NCBI GenBank assembly: GCA_015494585.1 | Contig: WGAY01000031.1 | Location: 1-63,393, forward strand | Source of the DNA: Candidatus Omnitrophota bacterium | GTDB taxonomy: Bacteria; Omnitrophota; Gorgyraeia; S143-82 | DNA length: 63,393 bases | Reading direction: 5' to 3' | Shown: in pieces, positions 1 to 9,872 of the stretch | Numbering within the stretch: position 1 is the stretch's first letter | Layout: every line of letters starts with the position of its first letter | Translations under genes and position numbers: made by a program | Notes under the pieces: generated by a model | The model's database searches: none | Told to the model about the DNA's origin: nothing | What the model saw: only the letters and a program-made list of their open reading frames with translations

Positions 1-812
1 ACCAATTCCTTTATCTTGTCAGCCAGAGGAATAACTGCCCCGGCAGAGAAACCAGTAACAACATACCTTTCCTCTTCCTCCTCCAGATCTGGCAGGCTCA
101 AGGCCTTCTCTATAACGGCAGTATAATCATAACCATCTATGTGCGGCACATCGGGAAGGCCGGCTATGCCAGTAGTAAATATCCTGTCTGCGTATTCCTT
201 CTCAGGAATAAGCACACAGTTAGATGTGCCAAGTATAGCGGCATTATACTTCTTAAAGAGCCTCTTCTGATCGTGCCACGCACCGCCAAGGTTGCCTACC
301 AGATGTTTGAATTTTTTCAGCTCCGGATAACCATGCGCAGGGAGCATCTCTGAATGGGTATATACGTTGATTCCCTTGCCCTCTGTTTGCTTTAACAACT
401 CGTATAACGCCTTCAGATTATGTCCGGTAACGATTATCGCCTTGCCCTTAACCGCACTTGCCCGAACCTTCGTAGGCTGGGGTTGGCCAAAGGCCTTGAT
501 ATGGGCATTCTTTAACATCTTCATTGCCTTAAAATTGATATTGCCTGCCTTAAGCGAAAGGTCTATAAACCTTTTGATGTCAAAATTCACATTCGTAAGC
601 GTGGAGTAAAGGCCTTCGGCAAAAAACGCATCTATCTTAGGGTCGCTCACCCCCAATTCTCGTGCATGGTAGGTATAAGCAGCAATTCCTTTCAACGCGA
701 AGATTAAGTTATCCTGCAGATGTGCAAGCACCGGATCCTTTCCGCACACACCATAGACAGTGCAGCCTTCTCCCCTGGCTGTCTGCGAACACTGGAAACA
801 AAACATATCCAT
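1..812 (-). CDS. hcp: hybrid-cluster protein / hydroxylamine reductase, N-terminal ~270 aa (3' end runs off the window)
   Basis: Reverse translation from the ATG at 812 gives [51 protein letters not shown], the four-Cys N-terminal motif typical of Hcp. The frame stays open to position 1. An SD (aaggaggtcgaaa) lies just upstream. The gene is missing from the ORF track because it has no stop in the window. Confidence 0.85.
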   Translation of the reverse strand, partial: MDMFCFQCSQTARGEGCTVYGVCGKDPVLAHLQDNLIFALKGIAAYTYHARELGVSDPKIDAFFAEGLYSTLTNVNFDIKRFIDLSLKAGNINFKAMKMLKNAHIKAFGQPQPTKVRASAVKGKAIIVTGHNLKALYELLKQTEGKGINVYTHSEMLPAHGYPELKKFKHLVGNLGGAWHDQKRLFKKYNAAILGTSNCVLIPEKEYADRIFTTGIAGLPDVPHIDGYDYTAVIEKALSLPDLEEEEERYVVTGFSAGAVIPLADKIKEL

Positions 813-930
813 TTTCGACCTCCTTGTTCTTTGATAAATTTATTAGGACTCCTAACTATTTTGTGTTATTATAAAAATCGTTGCTGTGAAAGTCAAGGGA
901 AATTTGTGCTAAAAAAAGTTTAAACCAAAG

Positions 931-1494
931 ATGGAAGAAAGGATTATTTTTTTGTTGGCTAAATTATGCCTGGCTCAGAAAAACATCCTCTGGGAGCAAG
1001 GGTATAAATACTCGTTATCCCCTACCCAGATAGAAATCTTATTCGCAATTTCCTCTTACACCAAACCTATAACTGTATCCTACCTTGCAAGAGAAATGGC
1101 CATAACCAAACCAACTATCAGTGACTCGGTCTATGCACTTGAAAAAAAGGGTCTCATTAAAAAGATACCTATGAAAGACCGCAGGAAGGTAGGCCTAAAG
1201 ATTACAAGCAAAGGAAAGACCATTATCAAAGCCATTCGCAGAAAAAATCCACTACTAAATATCATCAAGGAGAGGCTTAACAACCAGGAAAAAGCCTCAT
1301 TATTCCCCCCACTTTTAAAGATAACATCGGCTCTAAAGGACAATGGCTATTTACAAATTGTACGCAGCTGTCCCTACTGTGGAAACCTTATATACAAGAA
1401 TAAGGCTTATCTTTGCACTATTAGCAAAAAGAATCTCTCGCCTTCTGAATTTCGGATAAACTGCCAATATTTCAAAGATGAGGAGGGGAAATAA
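931..1494 (+). CDS. MarR-family winged-helix regulator with a C-terminal 4-Cys extension
   Basis: LSPTQIEILFAIS...ITVSYLAREMAITKPTISDSVYALEKKGLIKK...DRRKVGLKITSKG is a typical MarR wHTH. The tail reads CPYCGN-x12-C-x17-C. The gene is divergent from hcp. Confidence 0.75.
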   Translation: MEERIIFLLAKLCLAQKNILWEQGYKYSLSPTQIEILFAISSYTKPITVSYLAREMAITKPTISDSVYALEKKGLIKKIPMKDRRKVGLKITSKGKTIIKAIRRKNPLLNIIKERLNNQEKASLFPPLLKITSALKDNGYLQIVRSCPYCGNLIYKNKAYLCTISKKNLSPSEFRINCQYFKDEEGK

Positions 1495-1518
1495 AAAGGC
1501 ATCCCAAGCCCATCTATG

Positions 1519-1965
1519 CTAGGCCAATTGGACCGTCACTATTGACGAAATGGCATTTTCAAGAAGACCCTCGGTAGTCTTTGCCTTTATCCCTACTTTT
1601 TCTACGGGCAGGCCTAAAACCTCAGATAAGCGTTGTCGTATCTGTTCCTTGTAATGCCCAAGGCTGGGACTATCCATTATAAGCACAGCATCTATATTCA
1701 CTATACTAATCTGACCTATCATCGAAAGGACAGCTTTTAGCATCTCCAGGGAATCTGTTCCCTTCCACTTTGGATCAGTATCAGGGAAAAGATCCCCTAT
1801 ATCCGGCCCACCAACCGCCCCCAAGAGAGCATCTATAAGGGCATGTATAAGCACATCCCCATCTGAATGGGCCATTAGCCCTCTATCAAAAGGGATCTCC
1901 ACTCCACCCAGTCTCAAAGGTCCATTGCCTCCCAATCTATGTATATCAAATCCTATTCCAATCAT
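1519..1965 (-). CDS. ispF: 2-C-methyl-D-erythritol 2,4-cyclodiphosphate synthase
   Basis: IGIGFDIHRL...GGVEIP...GLMAHSDGDVLIHALIDALLGA...GDIGDLFPDTDPKWKG are IspF signature motifs. Confidence 0.93.
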   Translation of the reverse strand: MIGIGFDIHRLGGNGPLRLGGVEIPFDRGLMAHSDGDVLIHALIDALLGAVGGPDIGDLFPDTDPKWKGTDSLEMLKAVLSMIGQISIVNIDAVLIMDSPSLGHYKEQIRQRLSEVLGLPVEKVGIKAKTTEGLLENAISSIVTVQLA

Positions 1966-2009
1966 CTGTCAACTATTGGCAAATTGCCCTAGATTACAGC
2001 TTCAATTCA

Positions 2010-2804
2010 TCAATAAATGCAATGTTCTATAAATCTGCGCAGGGAATAGTAGATATTGGCCTGACGCATAAAATATTCACCCACCAGGACTGCATCTACA
2101 CGTAGCTGCTTTAAAATAGGTAGGACTTCCACGCTTATCCCGCTCTCTGCAACACGAATTTTGTCCTCGGGGATCATTGGCATATACTTACTGAAATTGC
2201 TAACATCTACCTTAAGGCTCTTAAGGTCCCTAGAATTAACCCCTATTAAATCTGGGTCAAGACGCATTATCCTCTCTATATCCTCCCCTGTATGGGCCTC
2301 GAAGAGCACATCACAGCCAAGGTGCCTGGCACATTGGTAAAGACCTTCAAGTTCTTTGTCATCGAGCATCGCTGCTATCAACAGGACTGCATCGGCCCCC
2401 ATTGCACAGGCAAGATATATTTGATAATCCCTTACAAAAAAATCCTTACATAAAATCGGCAATTCTACAAAATCGCGCACCGTGCGAAGATACTCAAAAC
2501 TGCCATGAAAATGTTTTTCATCAGTGAGTATAGATATGGCATCGGCCCCTGCACCCTGATACTCCAGGGCAATATCCACAGGAGACCTCCTATTAGGATT
2601 GGATATCACACCTTTAGAAGGCGAGGCATATTTTATCTCAGCGATAACCGATATGCGATTACCGTGTCCAATGGCATGTTTAAATCTATAAAATTTCTGG
2701 CGATAATTTATCATATGCCTAAGTTGGCTAATAGGATATTCTACAGCTAGATCCTCTATAATCTCTAACTTTTCTTTCTTAACCTTTTTAAGGAAGTTCA
2801 ACAT
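2010..2804 (-). CDS. trpC: indole-3-glycerol phosphate synthase
   Basis: ISVIAEIKYASPSKGVI, ISILTDEKHFHGS and GVNSRDLKSLKV are TrpC-type motifs. No other trp genes are adjacent. Confidence 0.9.
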   Translation of the reverse strand: MLNFLKKVKKEKLEIIEDLAVEYPISQLRHMINYRQKFYRFKHAIGHGNRISVIAEIKYASPSKGVISNPNRRSPVDIALEYQGAGADAISILTDEKHFHGSFEYLRTVRDFVELPILCKDFFVRDYQIYLACAMGADAVLLIAAMLDDKELEGLYQCARHLGCDVLFEAHTGEDIERIMRLDPDLIGVNSRDLKSLKVDVSNFSKYMPMIPEDKIRVAESGISVEVLPILKQLRVDAVLVGEYFMRQANIYYSLRRFIEHCIY

Positions 2805-2826
2805 TTCCCTTCTCCTACAAACCTAG

Positions 2827-4377
2827 TTAATGTAGAAAATGCCGGGTTGGGGCAAACAACAGGGCTATACCGAACTTATCACAGGCAGAGATCACCTCTG
2901 GATCTGCCTTTGAACCACTAGGCTGTATAATCGCCTTTATACCCCTCTTTGCAGCCAGTTCTATATTGTCGGTTTTCGGGAAAAAGGCATCACTTGCCAA
3001 AACTGCTCCCTTCCCCTTATCTCCAGCCTGATCCAGGGCAATCTTCACTGCACCCACTCTGCTCATCTGGCCAGCTCCTATCCCCACAACCACCTGCTGT
3101 CGTGCAACTACAATTGCATTAGACTTGACAAAGCGCACCACCCTAAAGGCAAACATCAAGTCCCTCAACTGTGCCCTTGTAGGGGCCTTTTTGCTAACCA
3201 CTCTCAGGTCTTCTTCCTTTTCAAAAAACAGATCCGGCTCCTGAATCAGAAATCCATTAAATACCTGTCTTATCTGAAACTCGGGCCTATGACGCTTGAC
3301 CTCTACTACTCTCAGATTTTTCTTCTCACTTAATATCTCAAGTGCCCGCTTTTCGAAGTTAGGGGCAATAACACATTCCCTAAAACCAGATTTTACTATT
3401 TCTTTAGCACAGCGGCCATCTACTGTCTTATTTATCCCAATTATACCACCAAAAGAAGACAATGGATCGGCATTATAGGCCTTTTTGTAGGCAGTCGCTA
3501 CATCTTTAGCAATAGCCAAGCCACAGGGGTTTGCGTGTTTTACAACTACTGCACATGTCTGAGGTAGAAAGGCACTACACATAGACCAAGCAGCCGATAA
3601 ATCCATAATATTATTATAGGACAGATCCTTTCCTTGCAATTGACGAAATACAGAACGGCTACCAAAAGGTAAATAAAAGCCGGCCCTTTGGTGTGGATTT
3701 TCACCATATCTTAGTTGTTGTTTCAACTCAAGTCCTATTACAGACTCCTCTGACAACTCAAAGTCACTGCCAAATAATGCATTGCTTATCCAGGTATCAT
3801 ATTTTGAAGTAATTGAAAAGACCTCACCAGCCATCCTCTTTCTAAAAGAAAGGGAAACCGCACCTTTGTTTTTTTCTAGTTCCCGAAGGAATCGTCTATA
3901 AAAAGACGGATCCGGTAAAGTAGCAACCCACTTATAATTCTTCGCCGCTGCTCGTAACATCGTGGGCCCGCCGATATCTATATATTCAATCAGATCTTTC
4001 TCTCCTGATAGATAGGCATCTTTAAACGGATATAGATTAACCACAACGAGGTCAATTGGAGCCCCACCTATTCGATGCAACTCTTTCCTGTCCTCTTTGT
4101 TGTCTCTGCGAAACAATATGCCGGCATGCAACCGGGGATGCAATGTCTTGACTCTACCTGAAAGTATCTCTGGAGAGGCGGTGTACTCTGATACCTCTCT
4201 GACTTTTACTCCTAATTCTTTAAGTTTCTTAGCAGTCTTCCCAGTAGAAATAACCCCTATCCCGTAACGCCTAAAGGCACCTGCTAATTCTTCCAGGCCT
4301 GTTTTGTCCCACACACTCACCACTGCATTTTTTATCCTGACCATATCCATTTCAACCCCTCCACTTAGTTTATTCAT
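2827..4377 (-). CDS. purH: bifunctional AICAR transformylase / IMP cyclohydrolase
   Basis: Contains the MGS-like N-terminus AVVSVWDKTGLEELA and the AICARFT domain (KHANPCG, GGIIGIN, PSGS). The likely true start is an internal Met near 4344-4350; the ORF as listed overlaps the upstream gene. Confidence 0.93.
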   Translation of the reverse strand: MNKLSGGVEMDMVRIKNAVVSVWDKTGLEELAGAFRRYGIGVISTGKTAKKLKELGVKVREVSEYTASPEILSGRVKTLHPRLHAGILFRRDNKEDRKELHRIGGAPIDLVVVNLYPFKDAYLSGEKDLIEYIDIGGPTMLRAAAKNYKWVATLPDPSFYRRFLRELEKNKGAVSLSFRKRMAGEVFSITSKYDTWISNALFGSDFELSEESVIGLELKQQLRYGENPHQRAGFYLPFGSRSVFRQLQGKDLSYNNIMDLSAAWSMCSAFLPQTCAVVVKHANPCGLAIAKDVATAYKKAYNADPLSSFGGIIGINKTVDGRCAKEIVKSGFRECVIAPNFEKRALEILSEKKNLRVVEVKRHRPEFQIRQVFNGFLIQEPDLFFEKEEDLRVVSKKAPTRAQLRDLMFAFRVVRFVKSNAIVVARQQVVVGIGAGQMSRVGAVKIALDQAGDKGKGAVLASDAFFPKTDNIELAAKRGIKAIIQPSGSKADPEVISACDKFGIALLFAPTRHFLH

Positions 4378-5539
4378 ACCTCAAGGCCCTTGCTGGCTCA
4401 AGTCTCGCCGCCTGAGAAGACGGATATAGGGAAGATAAAACAGCAATCGAAATCGCCGAGACTATCACAAGAAAGGCATCGGTAAGCTCCAGTTTTGCTG
4501 GCAGGTAGTCTATATAATATACGTCAGCAGGTAGCCTTATAAGATGCCAGTGCTCTATTGCTAGAGATAGTCCTACTCCTATAATTCCTCCGATAAGCGC
4601 CCCAGCGATACCTATAAGGATACCTATATTCAGGAATAATCTATATATCTCCCCATTCGTAAGGCCCAGGGCCTTTAAAACCGCGATCTCCTTTGTACGA
4701 GTTGCCACCAATACCACTAGGGAACTCACTATATTGAAAGCCGCAACTATAACTATCAACAACAATATCAAAAACATAACGTACTTCTCTAACTTCAGTG
4801 CTGAAAACAGACTCTTATTAGACTCTATCCAGGTAAGGGCCGAAAGCCCTCTATCCTTAAGCACATCAAACAACCTTCTTTTGATATAAGAGGCATCCAT
4901 TGGATTATCCAAAAATATACCAATAGCATTTGCCTCGTTATCCTGCAGAAAGAGAAGCCTCCTCACTAATGACAAAGGGGCCAGTATTGTTTGGCTATCA
5001 TACTGATAAAGGCCAGTCTCAAAAATACCCGACACATTTGCCTGATAATCCATACCTGTGATAGGAGAAAGCAAGATCAACCTATCCCCAGGCCTCAATC
5101 CAAATTGTGCTGCCATGTCCTTGCCGATTAGCACACTATTGCCTTCTGGGATATTCCCATCAAAACCTTTAGGGAGAAATGGCTTGCCAGATGTAATATC
5201 TATGCCCCTGATAAAACATGGAGATATCTTGTCTCGCACCCGCACAAAGCCCTGTAGATAGGCAAAGGGAACAACCGACCTAACACCTTTTACAGACAAT
5301 GCCTTTAACAGAGATCTATCGATAGAGAAAACCTCTTCTGAGGTTATAAGAATATGGGGATTATTTTGGATAATCTTATTACGCAATTCTAAGTCAAAAC
5401 CATTCATCACCGCCATCACTGTAATCAAGGCAGCAACACCTATAACGATCCCCAAAATAGACACAGCGCTCATAAAAGAAAGAAAGCCCCCACGAGCCCT
5501 TAGAAAAAATCTCAAGGAGAGAAAGTTAATGTACTCCAT
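4370..5539 (-). CDS. LolC/LolE-family lipoprotein-release ABC permease (MacB/FtsX fold)
   Basis: Has an N-terminal TM, a large periplasmic domain, and a C-terminal FtsX-type 3-TM block (TRTKEIAVLKALGL...). Confidence 0.8.
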   Translation of the reverse strand: MEYINFLSLRFFLRARGGFLSFMSAVSILGIVIGVAALITVMAVMNGFDLELRNKIIQNNPHILITSEEVFSIDRSLLKALSVKGVRSVVPFAYLQGFVRVRDKISPCFIRGIDITSGKPFLPKGFDGNIPEGNSVLIGKDMAAQFGLRPGDRLILLSPITGMDYQANVSGIFETGLYQYDSQTILAPLSLVRRLLFLQDNEANAIGIFLDNPMDASYIKRRLFDVLKDRGLSALTWIESNKSLFSALKLEKYVMFLILLLIVIVAAFNIVSSLVVLVATRTKEIAVLKALGLTNGEIYRLFLNIGILIGIAGALIGGIIGVGLSLAIEHWHLIRLPADVYYIDYLPAKLELTDAFLVIVSAISIAVLSSLYPSSQAARLEPARALRYE

Positions 5540-5548
5540 AATATATTG

Positions 5549-7000
5549 TTATACAGATTCCCTCTCTGGCTTAAGCAATGGAAAGAGTATAACTTCCCTG
5601 ATAGAAGGCCTATTTGTAAGTATCATAGCTAATCTATCTATGCCCACACCTAGTCCCCCTGCTGGTGGCATACCATACTCCAAGGCAGTAACAAAATCAT
5701 AATCTATATTTTCAGTAGGGGCATTGTTCTGCCTTACTTCTTCCTCAAACCGCACTAACTGATCTTCAGGATCCGTCAACTCAGAATAGGCATTGGCCAG
5801 TTCCATCCCCCCTATAAATAACTCAAACCGTTCGGCCAGAGATGGATTATCCTTTTTCAAGCATGCAAGAGGACAGAGTATAGAGAAATAATCCGTGAAA
5901 AACACTGGTTTGCGCTGCTTTTCTATATCAAGTAGGTCCTCCACCAGCTTAACTACCTGGGAACGAGACAGACGAGAGGTATCAAGATTACCAATACCTC
6001 TCTTAGGGAGTTTTTGTATCATTACTTCCGTCGGATCATCGGGATTTATATCAAATCGATCCTTTACTGCCTGGGCAAAGGATATCCTATCCCAAGGAGG
6101 AGTAAAATCTATCTGTTGTCCCTGATATTCCACTACAGCCGAACCGTTGACCTCTTTAACCACATAGTATAGCATCTCCTCTGTCAGGCGCATTACCCCC
6201 TCGTAATCCATATAGGCGGTATAGACCTCAAGCATAGTAAATTCTGGATTGTGACGAGTAGAAACACCTTCATTCCTGAAACTACGATTTATCTCATAGA
6301 TACGATCAAAACCTCCTACCAACAATCTCTTTAAATAGAGCTCTGGGGCGATTCTTAGATACAAATCTATATCATAGGCATTATGATGGGTTACAAACGG
6401 TCTGCCGGCCGCACCCCCTGGGATAGGATGAAGCATTGGCGTTTCCACCTCTAGATAACCTCTTTCATCTAGAAACCTGCGTATAGAAGAGATAATCCTG
6501 GCCCGTTTTACAAAGACCTCTCGATTTTCAGGGTTGGCAATCAAATCCAGATACCTCTGGCGAAACCTGACCTCCACATCCTTCAGGCCATGCCATTTCT
6601 CAGGAAGGGGACGAATAGATTTTGTCAACAGCTTTATCTCTTCAAGACCTATCGTAATCTCACCTGTTTTAGTAACAAACAAACGTCCTTTGACCCATAC
6701 TATATCCCCTATATCCAGCAGGCCCAATAGATCCCATACCGCATCTCCCACGTCGTTCTTACGCACATAAATCTGTATACGGTCTGAGGAATCGCGTACA
6801 TCAAAGAATACTACCTTGCCATGCCCACGCCAGGCTGTTATACGCCCTGCAACCGAGACAGACCTTCCCTCCTGGTATTTCTCCTTTAAATCCCTGGCCA
6901 TATCCTGAGGGACAACAGACCTAGAAAATGGCTCTATCCCCTTCTTCCTAAGGGCTAAAAGACGCTCTTTTCTGCTTTGTATCAAATCTATTTCCGCCAT
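5549..7000 (-). CDS. lysS: lysine--tRNA ligase (class II)
   Basis: Contains an OB-fold N-domain and class II motifs (FRNEG, GGLGVGIDRL). The ATG at 7000 (MAEIDLIQSRKERL) is a better start than the TTG at 7021 given in the ORF track. Confidence 0.93.
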   Translation of the reverse strand: MAEIDLIQSRKERLLALRKKGIEPFSRSVVPQDMARDLKEKYQEGRSVSVAGRITAWRGHGKVVFFDVRDSSDRIQIYVRKNDVGDAVWDLLGLLDIGDIVWVKGRLFVTKTGEITIGLEEIKLLTKSIRPLPEKWHGLKDVEVRFRQRYLDLIANPENREVFVKRARIISSIRRFLDERGYLEVETPMLHPIPGGAAGRPFVTHHNAYDIDLYLRIAPELYLKRLLVGGFDRIYEINRSFRNEGVSTRHNPEFTMLEVYTAYMDYEGVMRLTEEMLYYVVKEVNGSAVVEYQGQQIDFTPPWDRISFAQAVKDRFDINPDDPTEVMIQKLPKRGIGNLDTSRLSRSQVVKLVEDLLDIEKQRKPVFFTDYFSILCPLACLKKDNPSLAERFELFIGGMELANAYSELTDPEDQLVRFEEEVRQNNAPTENIDYDFVTALEYGMPPAGGLGVGIDRLAMILTNRPSIREVILFPLLKPERESV

Positions 7001-7183
7001 AGACGGATATTGTAAACCCAAACATATACCTGTGTCAAAATATTTCCCAATCTTATGAATCTCAGTGAGATTTAAAGTAAATTTATAACCGTGACCTATA
7101 TCAGAAATAACAGTTCGTTTGCCAAACAGACAAAGCGTGCTATACTATTAAATGAAAACCAGGCAATAAAGGATAGAAAAAGC

Positions 7184-7210
7184 TAAAGTTTTCTAAAAAA
7201 TTGCCGATTA
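7184..7210 (+). promoter_or_regulatory. sigma-28 (FliA) type promoter
   Basis: TAAAGTTT-N11-GCCGATTA matches the enteric sigma-28 consensus TAAAGTTT-N11-GCCGATAA at 15 of 16 positions. It lies 21 nt upstream of the flgM-like ATG, with GAGG at 7218-7221. Confidence 0.7.
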
Positions 7211-7230
7211 TAATATTGAGGTAAAAAGCA

Positions 7231-7569
7231 ATGGATAGAATACAAGGGCCACAATCAAAACAAACACAATATCTAAACGAACTCTTGTCAAAGAAGAAAG
7301 TCAATGCAAGACAAGAGGATAACAGCAAAAAAGCAGACTCTGCCAAAGAAACCGATAGAAAAGACCAAGTCCATATATCTCAGGAGGGCAGACAATTATC
7401 CGAGGCCAGAGAATATTACAGGGAATTCCTAAAAAAACGTGCTGAAGAGGTCAAAGAGGCCAGAGAAAAACGAATAGAAGAGACCAAAAAACGACTAAAA
7501 GAGCACAGATATTCCATAAATCCTGAAAGGATCGCCCAAGAACTCTCCAATCAAGAAATGGGATATTAA
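7231..7569 (+). CDS. flgM: anti-sigma-28 factor FlgM-like protein
   Basis: This is a small, highly charged protein. Its C-terminus (RIEETKKRLKEHRYSINPERIAQEL) resembles the FlgM G-x-Y-x-V/I-D/N-x-E-K/R-I-A motif. It sits directly behind a sigma-28 promoter and next to a flagellar cluster. Confidence 0.6.
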   Translation: MDRIQGPQSKQTQYLNELLSKKKVNARQEDNSKKADSAKETDRKDQVHISQEGRQLSEAREYYREFLKKRAEEVKEAREKRIEETKKRLKEHRYSINPERIAQELSNQEMGY

Positions 7570-7795
7570 ATATCCTCTACTCTTTCAAATTCCTGCCCTC
7601 TAATAAAATATTAAAAACTTCCATCTTCTGTCTCGACTTTATTACCATAATTTTACCCAAATTATGCAACAATATCGTTCCCTAGAAAAAAAGGTAGAGA
7701 AAGGAAAAAACTTGCAAGATAAAAGATAAGCTTAAGCTATGACCTGTGTCTTCGTATTTTGAGATTTGACCTTGAGATCTAATGCACAATCCGTG

Positions 7796-9850
7796 TTAAA
7801 TTTCTTTCTTTAATCTCCGATTTCCATTCTTCTTCATATTGGAATAGAATAAAAGCATATCTCTCTCCATCTTAGAGACGCCCACAGACAATTCTTCATC
7901 TACAAAGATGTCCTCTTTCTTCCACAAGATACCAATCACAGCAAAATCTTCTGGCAGGAATACAGCAAACGATTTTATATCCAGGGCAAGTTTATCGACC
8001 AAGACCTGCATAGGCAATTTTGCACTGGCAAGCAATAACTTCCCAAGCCTGTCTATATCATAACTCCTACCTTCTTTATTCCTCACATTAAAAATAGAAG
8101 GAGTATAGAACAATACTATATCGCCTTTTGTTATCTTTATCTCTCTAGGTTCATAATAGATCTCACGGGATACTCCCAATGGAATTCTTTCCTCTACTTC
8201 ATAACACTTGACCTGTTTCTTAAACCTATCTAAAACAACAAAAGAAACACCACCTGCCCCAGAGAAGAATAACCTATTGTTGGGAGAATCTAAAAGGACA
8301 TACAAAAACTTTGCACTCATATTGATTACCTTGCCGCGTACCAAGGCCTTATTTACACTATATACAACCTCACCTGGCTGGTGTGTAATTATAGAATGGG
8401 ACCTTAATAGGCCCCTTAAATAAGAGATCTTTGTTAGGGCAGACTTACCGACATCCATAACATCTGCCACTACCAGCGCTAATTTATCCTGCCCTACATC
8501 CACAAAATCATACATGCTGCCACCTATTTCCTGTCCATAAGACTCTCTTATCCTTATATCCATCCAATCCACATAAGGGGGAAGATACGTTGTCTTCTCT
8601 TTTATCTCTTTCACGATATACTTCTCTAGATTACGAACGCTAGAGGAAATCCGATCAATGCGCCATCTTGCAATGGCAAAGAGAAAAAAGGCAACAAAGA
8701 CAGCTGTCACCATCTCAGATACCATAAAAAATGTATTGTGTTGGATACCAAAATAAAAGGCATACGATATCGAAGCTATGATTAAAACAAACATGCCAGC
8801 CATAAATCGATAAGAACGCATCGCTGCCAGCACAATGGCCAATAAAAAGAAGAGAAAGGTAAAGAATTGGGTAACTAGCGGGATGAATCTGAAAGTCTGC
8901 CCATGTCTTATTCCTACAAAGGCCTTATAAATGAGCTCCTGTAAGGAAACTCGATTGCCAACGCCATCCGTATAATAAATACCAAACGGCCCCTTATACC
9001 CTATTATACAAAACTTATCTTTAACCACCTCGCTTGCTGGGACCCCGATCCCTCTATGCCTATAATGGAAAAAGAGCTTAGGCGGCAATATATCAGAGAC
9101 AGAGATTTCTCTAACCTTTTTCATATCAAATAAGGACCTAGTTATATCTAACCCACCTCTAAGATCCAGAAAGAGACGCAGGTCTTTTCCTCCTGATTCA
9201 AGACTCCAAGATATTTCCCTAGCCTTGGGCGAAATAGAAAAATTCATAATATCCCTAGAGAGATAGATGCCTAAGGCGCGCATTGCCATATGGGGGACGA
9301 CATTGCCCTTATAGGAAAAAAAGGGATAAAATCCCAAGACTCTCCCCATCTCATCTGTATAAAAATCCACTGATCCAACCATAACAAAAGGTAAAATTGC
9401 CTTCCAAGGTAGCCAAAAGACATCACTGGCAGATACAATCCCAGTCAACGAAGGCATTATTCCTGAAAATCGAACAGGAAAAACAACATTATGCTGGGCC
9501 TTAAGAACCTTTATCAAGGCATAATCCCCGCTTGTACCGCTGGCCCCCATAACCGGAAAGGTAATCATCACCAGTTTTGCATTTCTTAACCTAGCAAGCA
9601 ATAAGGCAAGGAACTTGCGGCCAACCGGGGGCTGGAGTCTATAGGCCTTAAGATCTGCTTCATTTATATTTATAATCAAAATATCCTTATCATTATATTG
9701 ATATTGCAGGGGCTTCTTTTGATTTTTTAAAATAAATTGCTTAAGATTATTATCTAGAATTAAAAACTTCGCAGGAACAAACAAAAAATAAAAGACAAGA
9801 ACTGCCGCTATACTGGCTATAAAATAATACCTTATCCTAAACCTCTGCAT
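7796..9850 (-). CDS. membrane sensor with CHASE2-like topology and a C-terminal PP2C/SpoIIE-like domain that appears degenerate
   Basis: Layout is TM1, a ~300-aa extracytoplasmic region, a 3-TM block, then the SpoIIE-like motifs GGSMYDF...ADVMDVGKSA...EDFAVIGI. Canonical forms are GGDFYD, DvsGHG and DDxT, so acidic metal ligands appear to be substituted. Confidence 0.65.
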   Translation of the reverse strand: MQRFRIRYYFIASIAAVLVFYFLFVPAKFLILDNNLKQFILKNQKKPLQYQYNDKDILIININEADLKAYRLQPPVGRKFLALLLARLRNAKLVMITFPVMGASGTSGDYALIKVLKAQHNVVFPVRFSGIMPSLTGIVSASDVFWLPWKAILPFVMVGSVDFYTDEMGRVLGFYPFFSYKGNVVPHMAMRALGIYLSRDIMNFSISPKAREISWSLESGGKDLRLFLDLRGGLDITRSLFDMKKVREISVSDILPPKLFFHYRHRGIGVPASEVVKDKFCIIGYKGPFGIYYTDGVGNRVSLQELIYKAFVGIRHGQTFRFIPLVTQFFTFLFFLLAIVLAAMRSYRFMAGMFVLIIASISYAFYFGIQHNTFFMVSEMVTAVFVAFFLFAIARWRIDRISSSVRNLEKYIVKEIKEKTTYLPPYVDWMDIRIRESYGQEIGGSMYDFVDVGQDKLALVVADVMDVGKSALTKISYLRGLLRSHSIITHQPGEVVYSVNKALVRGKVINMSAKFLYVLLDSPNNRLFFSGAGGVSFVVLDRFKKQVKCYEVEERIPLGVSREIYYEPREIKITKGDIVLFYTPSIFNVRNKEGRSYDIDRLGKLLLASAKLPMQVLVDKLALDIKSFAVFLPEDFAVIGILWKKEDIFVDEELSVGVSKMERDMLLFYSNMKKNGNRRLKKEI

Positions 9851-9872
9851 AATCTCTCCTCTTAGCTATCAA

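Noticed and set aside
7140-7346. The minus-strand 68-aa ORF that overlaps the flgM promoter and the 5' end of flgM.
   Set aside because: It is hydrophobic and low-complexity with no SD, and it lies opposite a gene that has a strong promoter and a recognisable product.
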